Part shown: in pieces, positions 27,101 to 42,100 of the stretch
Position numbering within the stretch: the first letter of the stretch is position 1
Layout of the letters: every line of letters begins with the position of its first letter
From: Ophelia neglecta
Lineage: Eukaryota
Assembly: GCA_965285935.1 (NCBI GenBank)
Contig: OZ260664.1
Location: 19,096,001 to 19,160,000, forward strand
DNA: 64,000 nt
Reading direction: 5' to 3'
The notes under the pieces: generated by a model
Database searches by the model: none
Seen by the model: only the letters and a program-made list of their open reading frames with translations
What the model was told of the DNA's origin: nothing
Made by a program: the position numbers and the translations under genes

Positions 27101-30100
27101 TGATATCTTCTGCTTTTGTCCCACATGCCAAGAGGACAAAGAGAAGCTCAGGCCAAATTAATCCAAAACTTTCCCTTTAGTGTTAGCACTAATTTGAGTA
27201 AAGCAAATATTTAAGTTGCATGTCCTGAGCTTTCTCAATACTAGGTCCAGCCACAATTATTTTCATAATGACATTCAAGTTCCCTTTGAAAGTGGCGCTG
27301 AATGCGGTGCAGACGATTGGTGTTTAGTTTCAGGAGACTCTGATCATTTCCGAGCCTTTCTGCCTGCGGTATCTGGACAATGGGCAATGACACAAACCTA
27401 ACTGGCCAACAATGCCTTTAGGTATTGCCCAACTGCAGCGGGACTTAAAATCATCCCCTCTTTTTCTAATAATAGAGGTCCAAAGATCAGAGGACGATAG
27501 ACTTAAGTGTTATGTCAATGGCTATAACAGTACCTATTCAATTGGAAGCTTTCTCCGGCAAATTGTACCACCAAATTTGCATAATGAGAGACATTCTGTC
27601 TGATTACGATCAGCCAAAGGAACTTTTAGTCAAATTTTACCCATACACCATCTGGATGGCGACAGTCAAAGAAATAAAACCTCTAAATAGGAGGCTCTAA
27701 AAGGATTGGAATACCATCCCGAATCTCCATTAAATTAAAATGCTAGCTCACGCAATTTAAGTTTCTCTGAAGCTTATAACCAAATTGGCCGACTCCAATA
27801 CTGTAACAAGGAAGCTTTCATTAAAGAATATTAGATCATTGGTATTTTGTATATTAGAAGCTCAGTGGTAGGTATTACACAATCAGTGCTGTCAGGAATT
27901 TATGGCATTTTGTGATATATGCAACCAGCATTTCCTTTGCAATGGCAAGTGAAATTGCACTGATGACATGAATTAGCTTTGTTTGTGGTCAAAAGTTCAC
28001 TGACAGGTAGCAAAGCAGGAAACAGAGAACTAGAGTGTTCATGGTGTGGAGAGGCATGTAACCCCAACTGTATAAATATAACTAACACTCAGGGGTATTC
28101 AACTACCAGCTCTACCATGTGGTGGGCTCTTGTTAAACTATCTACTAACACAGTTAGTAAAGATCTGCTCGGTCAGAGACAGTGGTCAGAGAGGGACCAG
28201 GGGGAGAGAGGGGAGGGTTGGTGGGGAAGGAGAGGGTCAGAGATAGGGTCAGAGAGAGGGAGAACAGTGGGCACAAGAGGGAAAGGGAGGGGGGAGGGAG
28301 GGAGAGGAGGATGGTGGGTAAATATCAGGGGGAGACAGAGTCAGACAAGAGAATACCTGNNNNNNNNNNNNNNNNNNNNNNNNNNNNNNNNNNNNNNNNN
28401 NNNNNNNNNNNNNNNNNNNNNNNNNNNNNNNNNNNNNNNNNNNNNNNNNNNNNNNNNNNNNNNNNNNNNNNNNNNNNNNNNNNNNNNNNNNNNNNNNNNN
28501 NNNNNNNNNNNNNNNNNNNNNNNNNNNNNNNNNNNNNNNNNNNNNNNNNNNNGAGCCAGTGAGAACCATCTGCCCACAGAGACAGTAATCATCACCTGGG
28601 AGCCCTCCCCAGCTGTATTTACAAATCTCATCCTGCTGCCCTCAGCCCTTTGATCCCCAGAGCCTGGCTACCTCCGGGACACATGAGCCTAGTAACCCTT
28701 GCCGTGCACACACAACCTTCCCTTTCATCCCTGTACATCTGCTGCGGGCATTTCTGGGGACTTCCTCCAGGAATTTCCTGGCATCCTGTTCTTTACAGGG
28801 TGCCTGCCATTGCGGCGTGTCCCGAGGGGTTTCCGTTTGAGTAGTATTTGACCCCACGAGGCTGGACATCCTGCAGGCTGACCCCCCTCGTCTGTGAGAC
28901 TGACCCCCTCTCTTAACACATCATACCTGAGATATCATACCTCCATCATTCATGCCATGTTCACACACCCTCTCATTTTTCTTTTCCAATACTTAACTAA
29001 GTTTTCAACTCCATGGGGTAGTGCACTAATCATCTATACCTACTAATAGTAGCTGCTAATATTTCTCTTAAACTGTCTAATAAATCATAAACCTGGATCT
29101 AATTTCATCAAGTTGACCACTGGTGCTATGGTAGCAAGGGGGTTTGATGCAAGAATTCCATTAATAAGGCATTGGGTGATTCCTTAGATCAACAAGCTGA
29201 GGAAATTGGACGGATTGATTAAGGTTGTAAATCCACCTTGCCAATCAAATCCTCCACTCCCGCTGACCAACAATACACCCACAATACACCTGATAATCAG
29301 CCATGTATAAAAGCATACATTATTCTCACATTGACCATTCTCTGGTCTTAAGCTGATGGTTATTTCATGATTCCATTGAGATGTCTAGATCTGATGTTGT
29401 GATAACTTACACAAAGTAAGCTTTCATAAATTTCAGGATATTTGAATATAATTTCCTTGGCCGCCATATAGCACAGACCTATCAGGTGCATGGCGAACAA
29501 ACGCAGACCTCTGGCTGGTAGATGTTATCAGCCCCCTATGTGACTAAGCCAGGCGGTACAAATGACAATTATCATATTAAGTTTGACAGGTATTAGGAGC
29601 TTAAAGCAGGTAATGATGTAAACGCCGGTATGGCAGTTATAGGGGCAACCTATTCACATTCAAAGTCCACCCTATTCATCTCATATTTATTTATAGGTCT
29701 TAAATATTTGGCCAATGTTGACATTCCATGCATGATATTTGATAATTTCACATTCAAACAATGTTCGGCAGACTTCCCGATATTGTATCTAGAGAAGGAA
29801 GCCGTTTGGCTTCTCAAATCATCTCAAATCTGTCACAAACACTTCTGAGGATCTATTTGCGGCATGACACCTTCGGTCACCGTCTGCCTGATCATGAGCT
29901 TGAATAAATGAATATCAAATCACTCCCATAAACCATACAAGTGCAGTGCTGCATGCTAAAGATTTTTTTTCTCTTTTGCCTCAATTTTGTAAAGCCAAAG
30001 ATTTTATGGGACTCATATGAGACCTCCACAAACGAACAAGATCTACACACACTGCTGTGTGCAGCAGGCATGCCTTCAATTCTTTGAAGTTTATGTCACA

Positions 30101-33100
30101 AAAGGGTTTAAACTGACCATGAGCGTTTGAACGTTAATACTCCCGGTGATATTACAATCAGCTGTTTGTAGATATACAATGTGGCCATGTCGGCCCTATA
30201 CAAATTGCGTTAAGATTAAAATCGTAGGCGTGCCACCTAGCCCGATACTGCGACATTCCTAACTGCGGCCTTTCCACAGAGGTGTGAAGTTTTAATATTT
30301 TCAGTTTTCAGTTTTTTCAGGCTCGGGGGGCGATCAATACCACATGTGTGAACAGGGTAGGTTTACACACAGACGGAGAGGCGGACATGCTGTGTACTCC
30401 TACACCTCTGTCCCTCCATGTTTGATCGGCGGCGAGCGCTATGTGCGGTTCATGACATCGCCAGCCACATGAAGGCCCATAATGCAGTGATCTTCCGATT
30501 GTCGGCTGGGGCCAATCACTTTCATAACTCAAACACACATTTCCTGAACCTGAGCCCAGCCCGGAAAACATCACACTGATGACTAATGGTTTGGCAGGAT
30601 GTCCGCAAAAAACGTTTGCAGGGCCCCAGCAGTCCAGCAAGTCAAGTTGCCATTGACACTGACAGTCATGGTCATTTGGGGTTATACAGAGATGTAAGGC
30701 TCATGTTACATATGTTCATATATATATACATATATGGACTGCCAGCAGTGTCACATTCAGGTACAGGTCTCTTACTTCAACTAGGTTTAGGGGGATGTTC
30801 CAGTATGACAGATGTAATGTAACCCGGATAATTTTGGTGAACTGGCAATTTTTACAAAATTCATGATAATCCCCAAATTCGCCAACTTTTCCAGCTCTGG
30901 AAAATATTCTGTATGTGACTAGCATATTTAGACCTACCTTCTACAGGAAATCTCTCTCTAGGGTTACTTAGGGATGAAAATACATTTGAAAGTAGTATAT
31001 GGTGAGATATGATTGGAGAAATTTCCTGCACATAAAAAATATTTGGTTTACTGTCTGTAACACCTTTAGTAGTTCAGTCAAACCAAATATGAACAAGTAT
31101 TTCTTTCCTTTTTTTCTACATTTAATTGGCTCCTTCGATTCTCTCGCTCAAATGCTTTAAAGATTCCATACACTTGAGAGGTGATCGGGACCGGTGGGAG
31201 GTGATCGGGACCGGTCGGGTGACATGTCTCTGGCTAATTTACCAACCTGTCTCCTGTAAATTATACACTCCTGTTTCCATGTTGGCATGGCACATTAAAA
31301 AAACTTACTGCAATTACTGCCTTCATCCAGTTTACTTCAGCAATCAGTTGCTGTTTAGTAAGTTTTGCTTCACCTTTGTTCCTGGATAATAATTCAAACA
31401 CTTTTCCAGGCTCCTGTGATTCTCCACATTCATACTTTCAAATGTAAAACCTACAGGTCAGCTGTTTGCCATTCAAACACCACCCGAGACGAATAAGCTT
31501 TTCAGAATTCTTCAACTTAAGTGTACTTCCTGAGGGATTTTACCCAGAATTCCCATGGTAAAGTCATGGCAACAATCCAGGCCTTTTCAAGGACTTTCAA
31601 GGGGACCTTACATTATTTGCAGGAACATAAATATCTACTATAAACAATACAGGAAAAGAGAATTTTATTTTTAATACATTCCTCTCTGTTCACTTATCAA
31701 GGGGATTCCTACACTTTTCCCAAGCTTCCAGGAAGTACCAAGGACCATTTCGTCAATTTCAAACTTCCAGGGTTTACAAGTTTTTCAGGACCAAAGGGTA
31801 CCCTGGTGACAAAATAGTTTTTTTTTCCCAACAGAAATAAGCCATAGGTTACCTGAGTCCATATCGGTGGCGCTGACAGACATGATGCTGGTCCCGACGG
31901 TGGCATTCTCCCATACCTCGTCGCTGTAGGTGCTGGGGTCAAAGGTTGGCGCGTTGTCGTTCTCGTCCACTATGTTCATGTAGACGGAGACCGTACTACT
32001 CAGTGGGGTGGAGCCACTGTCCTGCGCCTTCACAGACAGGATATAGTGGTGAATCTGAAAAAACATGAATTTCACGTCACTGATTTATCAATATATTGTA
32101 CCAAACATTCTGATGGTCAATAAAATAATCAAGACCAATTTCAGGGACTTTTTGGATATTAATTTATAGAGGCTTTGCCATATCTGTTTGTAAAATTGTG
32201 TTCGAAAATTCTGTTTTAATGAAAATGTGGGTTCCAAGGGCATACAGTGACCAATTATTTTGGGTCCCAATCTATTCTATGCATAAAAAGACACTGGGAT
32301 GGGCATAAATGCAAATCATGTCTAGTATATTAATAATTATATTGGTTGGGTCACTTCAGTTGATTACAGCTAAGATAAAAAATATATCCCCATAATTCAG
32401 CTTCACATGAAAAAATGGAAAAGATATAATATATATATTTGTCTTTATTATCTCTTTCTGCAATGGAATGTTCCACTTGTTTGCTCGTTAAGCTTTTTAT
32501 TCAAACATGTTTGTGTTTACAATGCCCGTGATTCTCCTCGGCAAGGCCTACCTGCTCATAATCCAATGATCCGACCAGAGTAAATATGCCGGTGTGAGGA
32601 TGCAGAGAGAACTTGTCCTTTCCCCAATGTGAGACAATGGAGTAGGTCAGGTCGGCGTTGTTGTCAAGGTCGCCGTCGCTAGCGGTGATCTGCCCCACGC
32701 GCGTTCCGGTCTGTGTGTCCTCCGAGATGAGGAAGGAGTACCACGGTCGACTGAATTCCGGTCGCTCATCATTGACATCCGTAATCTCAATATTCACCTG
32801 CAAATATAGGAACGATAATATTATAAATCTATTTTATTATCATTTATAGTAATTAATGTGAATATAAAGTATCAGACAAGCAGGTTTTTTTTTGCAAATC
32901 CATCAAAATGCCACTCATAGTCTACCCTTTTATTCAAGAAATGTTTTCTAATTTGTGGTATTTTATTCATAATATCATTATCTGAATAATCTCTGATGTT
33001 AACAAGACATTTCTTCCCTAAAATTGATATTATTAAAACAATTTTAACTAATTTATTTCCGTGTTCACCTACTAGAAATCAACTAAGATAAGGTAAAATT

Positions 33101-36100
33101 GTTAAATTCTCTAAAAGTTTATTCTTGCTAAACATAATCCCAGTATGTGGACTTATCTATGGCTATAAGATGTAAGTAGTACCTGAGCCTCCGAGGCCTG
33201 GACGCCGTCGTCTGCGGTGACGTGGACCAGGTAGTGAGACTTGGTCTCTCTGTCCAGTGTCTTAGCCACCGTCAAGTCTCCTACAAACAGAAAACCACAG
33301 AATACATTTACTACGCCACATTCAGTAGAAGACATTAAGTATATAAATGGTATAAATACTTACCTGAAACTGATATTATAGGCCAAGACTTTACATTTAT
33401 AACCTGAGTATAATGATGTTAAAATCACAATTTTGGATACTTTTATTCACTTTTTATTTGCCACTGATGTATGAGCTATATCCGTCAAATTGATTTTTGG
33501 CCAAACCATCACTGTTTCACAGACAATTACCGTCTTAGAACCATATAAACCTGACAATTATATGTAAATACCTGCTCTTCAAGGAGTCTCCATTACAAAA
33601 TTGCTTTAAAATAGACATAATTAGGGGGTGAGAAAAGGTCCAGAGTTTCTTTAATTTGGCTTTGTCCATTAAATAAAGTGACAGAGCTGGTAATAGCATG
33701 GGTGCACTATTGGTGATGACAGAACATGGCCAGTTAGACACTGTTTTTACAACCCTAGGCTACAGCACACCTAATTTCCCTAATTCAGAGATAGTCATGG
33801 ACAATTGTGCAGGTTCTGGCTTGCACTTTCAAAGCATTTAGCGTCCAGATTTAGGTGTTCGGTCCATAAGCCCCATCAAACAGAGGTATTTATAGGATGA
33901 AATCGGATACTCAAATTTACACCTGAAAGAGGTGGATTCACAGCGCACTTTGCCTGTATGATTTATTAGATACATTTGCAAGTATCACATTATCTTTATT
34001 ACCTTAATGGTCCCGTCCGGGGATAATGCAGAAGAGGCCAGGCGACCTCTATCTTTGTTTAAACAGAATGGCTACTCTGTGCCTATCAATTGTGCCCCTG
34101 CATCATCTAATTAGGCTTTGATATCTCCGCAGATCATATATTTTACCTGTGATTAAATGTTACCTATTTGCCTTACTGTCATCGTGCCCTTCATGTAGTA
34201 TTAGGCCCATGTTGAGGGTCTTGGTGTTCATTCTGTCTAAATGCCATTTAGGATGTTTGGCAATAACATAAAGTTTACATAAGGCATGTGTGGTCTATTG
34301 TAACCGGAGAAATCGTGTAGTGAAATACCTTTGTGAATAGGATCAAAAACCCCTTCAAATTCTTAATACCAACACTAGCATCATCCGGGTACACTCCATA
34401 CATAAACCATGTCAGTTTCATGTCTCGATCTCTCCGATTAAGATACCAAGTTACACTGATGAATATTTAAATCACAAAGACCTTGAAAGTTATTGCGCTG
34501 TCACACATTTCAAGAGCGCAAATGTCTCATATTCCCCGTCGGAGAAAACCGCCTTCTGGAACGGACAAATTCTTTCAAACTGTTTGTTATTCAAGGATAA
34601 TAAAAGTCTTCATTAAATCAGGCACGTTGGAGACATACAAACATACAAGAGCCCTTGTATTTGTCAGAACAATAGCGGCCAAGTTTTACGGCAACCATAG
34701 GCGCATGTGAAATTGTTCATGGCGGGCTTACAATGCATCGTCAAATTTTATCTCGGACATAAATCCTGTTTTTTTATGAAAATGATATGCCCAGCAGGAG
34801 TAAAGGTATTGTATTTAAAGTGATATAAATTTAATTCGCTTTCCCAACCCTATAATTATGTGCTCAGAAACAAAACTGGGCATGCTTTTTCGGAGGAGAA
34901 TCAAAGATGAGGCTCTGAACTGCTGTGAGGTCGCTCATGAAAATGCAGATAAAAACCATTTTTTCTGATTAGTTGTCAGGAGATACAGAGGTGGGACATC
35001 TAACATTCCTTATAATCCAATTAGTCTGCCAAACTCTGCAACCTGCAAGCCGTAAAAACTGAACTGAAATCAGGTATTTCTCACCTGGCTTTTACCTTAA
35101 AGAAAAAAGTACAAGCCGCCCACAGCGACTGAGAAGACAATTAATTGTTTTCACTTTGCATTATAACTTTGATGTCTACCACATGCCTCTAGCTTCAAAA
35201 TCTGACCAAGGGGCTTCGAAACAGTGAAAAGGTCAACGAAACCTAATGACAATAACACATTCCATGTCATTTATCAATTATTCTGTTAAAAATTGCCATT
35301 GGCTACTTTTAATGAGCTATGCAACTGTGTCAGCTGCCAATAAAACAAACCAGGAATCATCACAATGTGATGAAATCAACATCAGGAAATCTGAGTATAA
35401 ATAATAATAACACAATCATTATGGACAACTCCCTATCTAAAACGACTGAATACACCCCATTTGTGTGAATACAGTAGTCCCTGCGATGTAGGGACACCTC
35501 TAAAGCCAAGCAAAAGGGTCCCTAAATTGCAGGTGTCCCTTCATCAGAGGGACATTAACATAGGAAAGATAGGACATGGGCATTGAAAAATGTCCTGTGG
35601 TCGGACAGAGTCCCTTCATCCCAGGGACCACTGTAGTAGGAAATCTGAGGGATAATGATATACATCCCTTATCAATCTGGGTCACCTCCATGAACCATAC
35701 TAATTATAATATAAGCTGTTTTCCTACATGTACAGCTTTACTGAAATAGCACTGTTTTTATTCTCCAGCTTTCAGACTCAGACTTGAGGCTCATACATTT
35801 AACATTAGTGCATTCTGATGGAAAATCATGCCAAGGTCGCCATCATGCTATCTCCATACATGTACATATTGTACATATATACATATGTACTTACACTGGA
35901 CTCTAGTGGGTCTGCCACACAGCAGGGCCATGTGTCTCTCCAGCCCTTCACCATATACAACCATTCCCGGTGGTGCTGCCCGTTTCACGGTTTTCTCTTT
36001 CCCATTCAAGAGGAGAAATCCGACTCAGAGCCCCTTGCAGTGGACCCTCTTTCTATGGGTTTGCTTCTATAGCCACAGGAGAGGAGGGTCCACTTCAAGT

Positions 36101-39100
36101 GTATCAAAGAGTATAATACTTGGGCTCTTTTCAACAGACAGATCATATCAGTGCAATGCGGCCAGGCCTTCCAGTATGGCTCTCACCGTAGGTAGAACTA
36201 CACCTGCGTGTTTGACATCCAACACATGCTACTCGAACTGATAATTGACTTAATCTCAGGTAAATCATTGAAAGAAAGGGACGGACGCCAGACGGACAGA
36301 GAACAAGACAGTCTGGGTACTGGATGCTTTTCTCATTCCAAAGAGTATCTTTCAGAATTATCAAAAGCAAGATATGATAGCTTTTAAATTAGATATGATT
36401 TCAGGTCTTGAAATACATTGGTATTAATTTATTATGCAGAACTTAAGTAAGGCAGCTGTGGATTTCATAAGGATAGCTTTGATGAAGCTCAACCCTCACA
36501 GAATTTGAATTAAGAGCAGTGGGTTGTTGACACATTCTTTATGTAGCTGGGATGATTCAGTCCGGACTGACACCTACATTGAGATGATCACTTTATCTGA
36601 TCACTTTATCACAGACAGATGTTATAAGTGAGCTGCGGGAGGCTGACATGTCTACGGTTACCCAGCCAGAGGTCTCCACCGCTCTCTCTACATCTTCTTA
36701 GACTCTGATGGCCAGGGGGTGATGTAGAAAAACACTGCCAGTGCAAAAGTGCCACCTGCAATATAAGGGCCTCCTAGCCTCCCCACACGCAATGTTGCGA
36801 GTGCACATCATTCTTTATATATACTTTTTACACATTTTAAAGAATAACGTCAGACATCGGCTTGCAAAGCGTCTGAGTTGCCCCGAGGTTTACCAAACGC
36901 CTGTCATGCAAAATAGTGGTGAATGTAATGGTGGTCTACCTATTACTACTGAGGTAGTGGAACTCATACAAATCTGAGAAAATAATCCGAAAGTCTGCCT
37001 GTGAGATAAGAGAGTGATGTCATGTTACTTGAAACTAAAAATGTTGGATAAAAAGTGTTTCATGGTTCTCTGATTGTTTGTATTATGACTAGATGTTTTT
37101 CCTTTGATGTGTTGCGTACTGTATGTTCTAGTATCCCAACTGAACTGCCACCTCCCCCACCAACCCTACCCCCACCAGCCCAAAAGACAAAAATAATCTA
37201 GTATTTTTGCTGCCATAAGCCTTCTGCACTGAACTCAACTCATTTGTGTTTGCTGTCTTCAACATGGTTAAGGAATTCAGTTTAACTGACACATTAACTT
37301 GTCTAAATTACCTGATATGTTTGTTACTGCTTTAAAGTCACCTTCTCATTTTAAGAAGTTAAGTACATCTTTGGAAAATCAACAACAGATTTTCCAAACC
37401 CCACACATAGTCTGCAGTTATAGGTCTCCACCTGTTGTTTCACAAATCCCTGCCACAGTCCTGACATCATGTTCCCAGTACAGAGAGCGGAGGGGCGTCT
37501 CTGGCCTTCTATCAGAAATGTGCCCAAACTCTTAACCACAATACCAGCCCTTAGCATGTTCCCAATGGGCCTACATTTTTAAAACACTGTTTTCCTTAAG
37601 ACAATTTGTTCGAGGTGTGTGCCTACAGTGCTGGTGAGGTGGTCCAGATGCTGAAGCCACGGGTTACCAGTGCAGGTTACCAGTGCGAGGGTGTGCAGCA
37701 GGGAACCAGGGAGCCACCTGATGACAGCCCACCAGACATACAACATCTCACCATATTAATACACACCACAACTCACAACACAGATCTGTTTTAATTTAAC
37801 TCAAAAATAGAAGAAATCTGCATCTAATTTAACCAAACTATGAATTGTCAGCCATATCGGTGAGGGTAAAATCTTGTCTTAATTTACATCGTTTGTTTAA
37901 AATATAAAAAGTAAGCACGATTTCTGAATATTTCATGCATTCCCCAAAGATGTAGAATGTAAGAAATCATTTTTGCAGCATTCCACATGGGCCAAACATA
38001 TCTGAGATATTAACACTTGTCAGCATTGCTATCCAATCTGAGATTGCTGACATCATTTCCCTTTTTCTCCCATAGCATTCTGGGAGTTTTCCATGAGGGG
38101 ACTGTAAAACAAGAAATGTCCACCAAGAGGAAACATTTCCTGAACCTTGATCAAAGATATATTATCAACAAGAGATATCCACACAGTGTTAGGTTGGAGT
38201 GTGAATTCCTACATAGAGTAGGGCCACACAGGGAAATCGCATTCACAATTTTTGAAAACTTAATATATTTGCGAACTTCCCGCTTAAAGCCAAATTCGTC
38301 AATATTTCGAGTTCTCACAAATGTCCAGATTTCCAGTAAGTTCTCTCGCTGACAGGCAGTTTATTATTTTAATCAACTTCCTATTGAGAGGGGAGGGGCT
38401 TAAATGCCAAACCAGGGGGTTCCGACACACAACCGCCTCCAAAGATTATCCCTAGTAGAAAGAGTAAGGTGTCACAAGTCCCTATCGCAAGCAAGTAGGT
38501 TATTATAATAGGTCGGACATCAACCGTGGACATTCATATGGTACCACCATAGCACAAGAACACCTTATCCTACCAGTCTTATCTTGGTGTTACTTCCATA
38601 CATTAAGTCACTAGGAGATATATGCTTCTGAAACCCATACCACAGAATTATGATTTTCCAGATACATAATGGAGCACATTTTTTAACTGAGGTTTTCTTA
38701 GTCTCTTGGTGTACCAAATTTCATTCATATCAATGCAATGTAGAAGGCATGTTCAGATATCAGCTGAAGTTTGCTTTTTGCACCGGATGCGGTTTCAGTT
38801 GTGCAATTTATCTTGCTATTCTTTTTATATGTGTCATACAAATAAGATGACATTAATAGTCATAAAGTCTTAATAAACACAGTTATAAAAATGCTAATAA
38901 TAACAGCTCCTTCAGACATATTAATTATAATTTTTTTTACATTACACAAACAATGATACTATAATTAAAACATTAAATTTAAATGTGTAATCATTGCTGT
39001 GTTGGAATACATGTTTTTTGTCTATTTTTCTTATTATACTGTTTGCCTCCTGCTCATCTTCAGGGTCCCTAGCAGCTGGTTTTTGCCCCTAAGAGACTAT

Positions 39101-42100
39101 AGACTTCCTGGGCAGGCACACCTGGACACATGGCTGGGGGGTGGGGTGGGGGGAGAGACTATGGTGTCACCACCCTCTGCGAGGTGTCTCCAGCCTGATG
39201 CCCTGTCAGACAGGCGTACAGATACCAGGGACAGATAGAACCAAGTGCTACCCAGGGACATCCTATCAAATCCTATCCTATACCTTCTGACAGGCTATCT
39301 AGTGGCCACAGCAATCTGGCCTTTATCACTCTGACAGCGGCTAGCATTTCATCAACCAAAACACACGGAAATGTAACTCGCCTGTGGAAACAAAACTACC
39401 CCACATCACATCCCATCGTGTATTTTGTTCTCTCTCAATATATAAATATTGCTATAGTTTTCAGACATAAATTTCTTAGTCTAAGTAATATGCCCTCTGG
39501 GTACATTTAGCCCACTGCAGGATTTAGGTACTAAGGACATATCAGGTGTGGTTGGATGGGGGTGGGGGTGGGGGTGGGGGGGTCAGTGGGACCTGAATTT
39601 CTCCTTTTTCTAGTAAAACTAAGGAGTGTGGGGACTTGTCAATTCAAGGAACCCCTTAATCTTAATCTCTCCCCCCCCCCACACACCCTCCCATATGACA
39701 GAGACCAATGTGCTCAAACCACACACTTGAGAACATATTGCCCCAGTTTATTACATGTTTTGTCATCCTTAACAAACAACTGCTGACTGGTCACACAATT
39801 CTCACTGATCACAGTCCACTGTGATGACTACACCGTGAGGTCTATCTGTCTGGGAGGGTTCCTGTAGCACTGAGCTGCCCTGTTTATCCCTCGTCCCAGC
39901 CTGGGGGCACCCTACACAAGGTCTCAACTCACAGGGGTCAAGTCTTCAATGAGCTTCCTTGAGAAAGGCTCGCCCCGGGCCGTACATGGCCGTACGCCGG
40001 GAGCCTGCCGGAGTCTGGCGGGGAAGCTCGGAATTTCCCACATTCTAGACTAAGTGATTGGTCAGGGACAGACAAGAAATGCGAGCGGTGGTTTTGACAT
40101 ACATGAGACTTATAGTTTGTGAGTCGGTTGAGATGTGAGGAGACTTTCAATCATGATAATAGACCATAACTCATCTCATATCTAAACACCTAATTCTCAT
40201 CAGGGCTAACACAGGCAAGATGTATTAATACTTCAGGGGTTTTCCTACATTTTTCAAGTGGCACTTCTATTTTCATGGCATCAAACTTTCCAAGACCATA
40301 AATCTCTGCACTGACACCCCTGAAGATAACATTAATCACCTCTATAAGAAGCATGAACAAAATTCCATGCTTTCACTCGACTTTTGATGTCACCATGCTC
40401 AAAATATCTTCATAATTCTCTTATTCTTTATAAATACCTGAGATAATAAATATCTTATAGCATTTATTTTTCCCATATAATCCCCCAACCCCCACCCTCT
40501 TTTCTCAGTCATGTTATGTTATGTTGATAATCCTTTTACCTTACAGAGTCTTTCCTCCATCTGGCAATATGCTGTGGTCCCCTGTCACAAGATGCCCCCC
40601 ACCCCTCCCTTACTCACTCCCTTCTATTTCTGCCCCGTGGGCCCTACTCCTTTGGCAGGGGTGGTTAGCTGTCCCTCACCCCCTGCAACCCCCACCCCAA
40701 GCTATCTTTGGGGGAGCAGTGGTACTCTGTCCTCCTTTTAACAAGCAGGCTGCCCCCCCCCCCCTCTTTCCTTTCAGGAGTGGGCAGTGATATCTTGGCC
40801 AGGGCTATCAGACGGTGCCCTGATGACAGACATATCGCACAACCCACCACCCACCGACCAGCACAGACTACAAGATCTCACGGGACACTCGCCGCCTATG
40901 ACCAGTGTCTTGGTACCTGCCATACATGACAAACAAACAAATGTATTTACACTTGCGGTAATAAATTGTCCTGTCAAGTAAAATTAGGTCGATATTTAGC
41001 AAAACTCTCAGACAGTTGCAATAAAAGTACTGAACCCCATAAATCAAATGGAATTTTTTCACCGAATTCATGACAGTTCTCTTTTCTTTATTTCAAAACA
41101 ACAATCCATGAAGGTTTAAACAGGTTCTGAGATAAACCAATAAATTAGACGGGAGTGAAAAATTGCTGCCTGACTGTTGAGACAAGTAACCTGAGTTAGG
41201 GTAGGGGGTTAGGGGGGTAGGGTAGCAGTTCTCGCTGGGGGAGAGGTCACCTATTAGCTCTGATCCCTACAGCCTGTGATAGGGAACAACAGATTACATG
41301 ATTCATGGTGTTCAGACTGGGTTTGTGAGTCGGATAAGTAAAAATGCTGATGCTAGGACTGTCAGGTTACACCCTTGTCCTTCATTAGCCAATCTTAGGC
41401 TTCTGTTGACAGACGGAAACCAGTCTGCTAGCACCACAGGGCCCAGTTCGTTCTAAACTCAGGTACTTTCAGAGGCAATTCTAGATCTGTGGCAAACATT
41501 AAACCAATCTCCGATAGCCTGTGGAAATAAAACCCAAGTGCCATAGAACTGTACAAATTGCAGAAAGATTCTATTGCACAGAGGTCTGCCATTATTTACT
41601 ATCTAAGTAAACTGCGAATTTGCAACACGAAAACTCTCACTTCTACACAAAAGATCCGTTACAAGCAAAGCAAACTTTCACAGGCCACGAACCCCTCAAA
41701 CCATGGCCTCCACTGGCAGCATTCAGACAAAACAATTAAACATACTTATAGAAATGAATTATGATCAAATTGTGATTTAATTATTTCTTACTTTGGTCGC
41801 TTACATGCTGTTTAAATGTGGCAAACAACAATTATATTTTCTCATTAAGCCAATGTGAACAATAAGAACAAATTGTACAGCATTCGAGGCGATTTTAAAA
41901 TTCAGGTGGGTGGAAAATCCCACGACTGACTGACCATAAACAGGTCCTGACTGATGAGCTGGACTGATGTGATCTCCACACCTGGCTACCGCTGTTTACA
42001 GATAATTAGAAGTCTGAATAGCCAGTGAGATCAAGCATGCTAGAACGCTGGACTCCCTGGTCAGTCAGAAAGACCAGGCTTCTTTCACCCAGCTACATTA

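Noticed and set aside
27979-28653. Long ORFs spanning the N gap
   Set aside because: Artefacts of N translation plus GA-rich low-complexity sequence.
40653-40672. miR-34-like string TGGCAGGGGTGGTTAGCTG
   Set aside because: Seed disrupted by substitution plus insertion; no hairpin partner.
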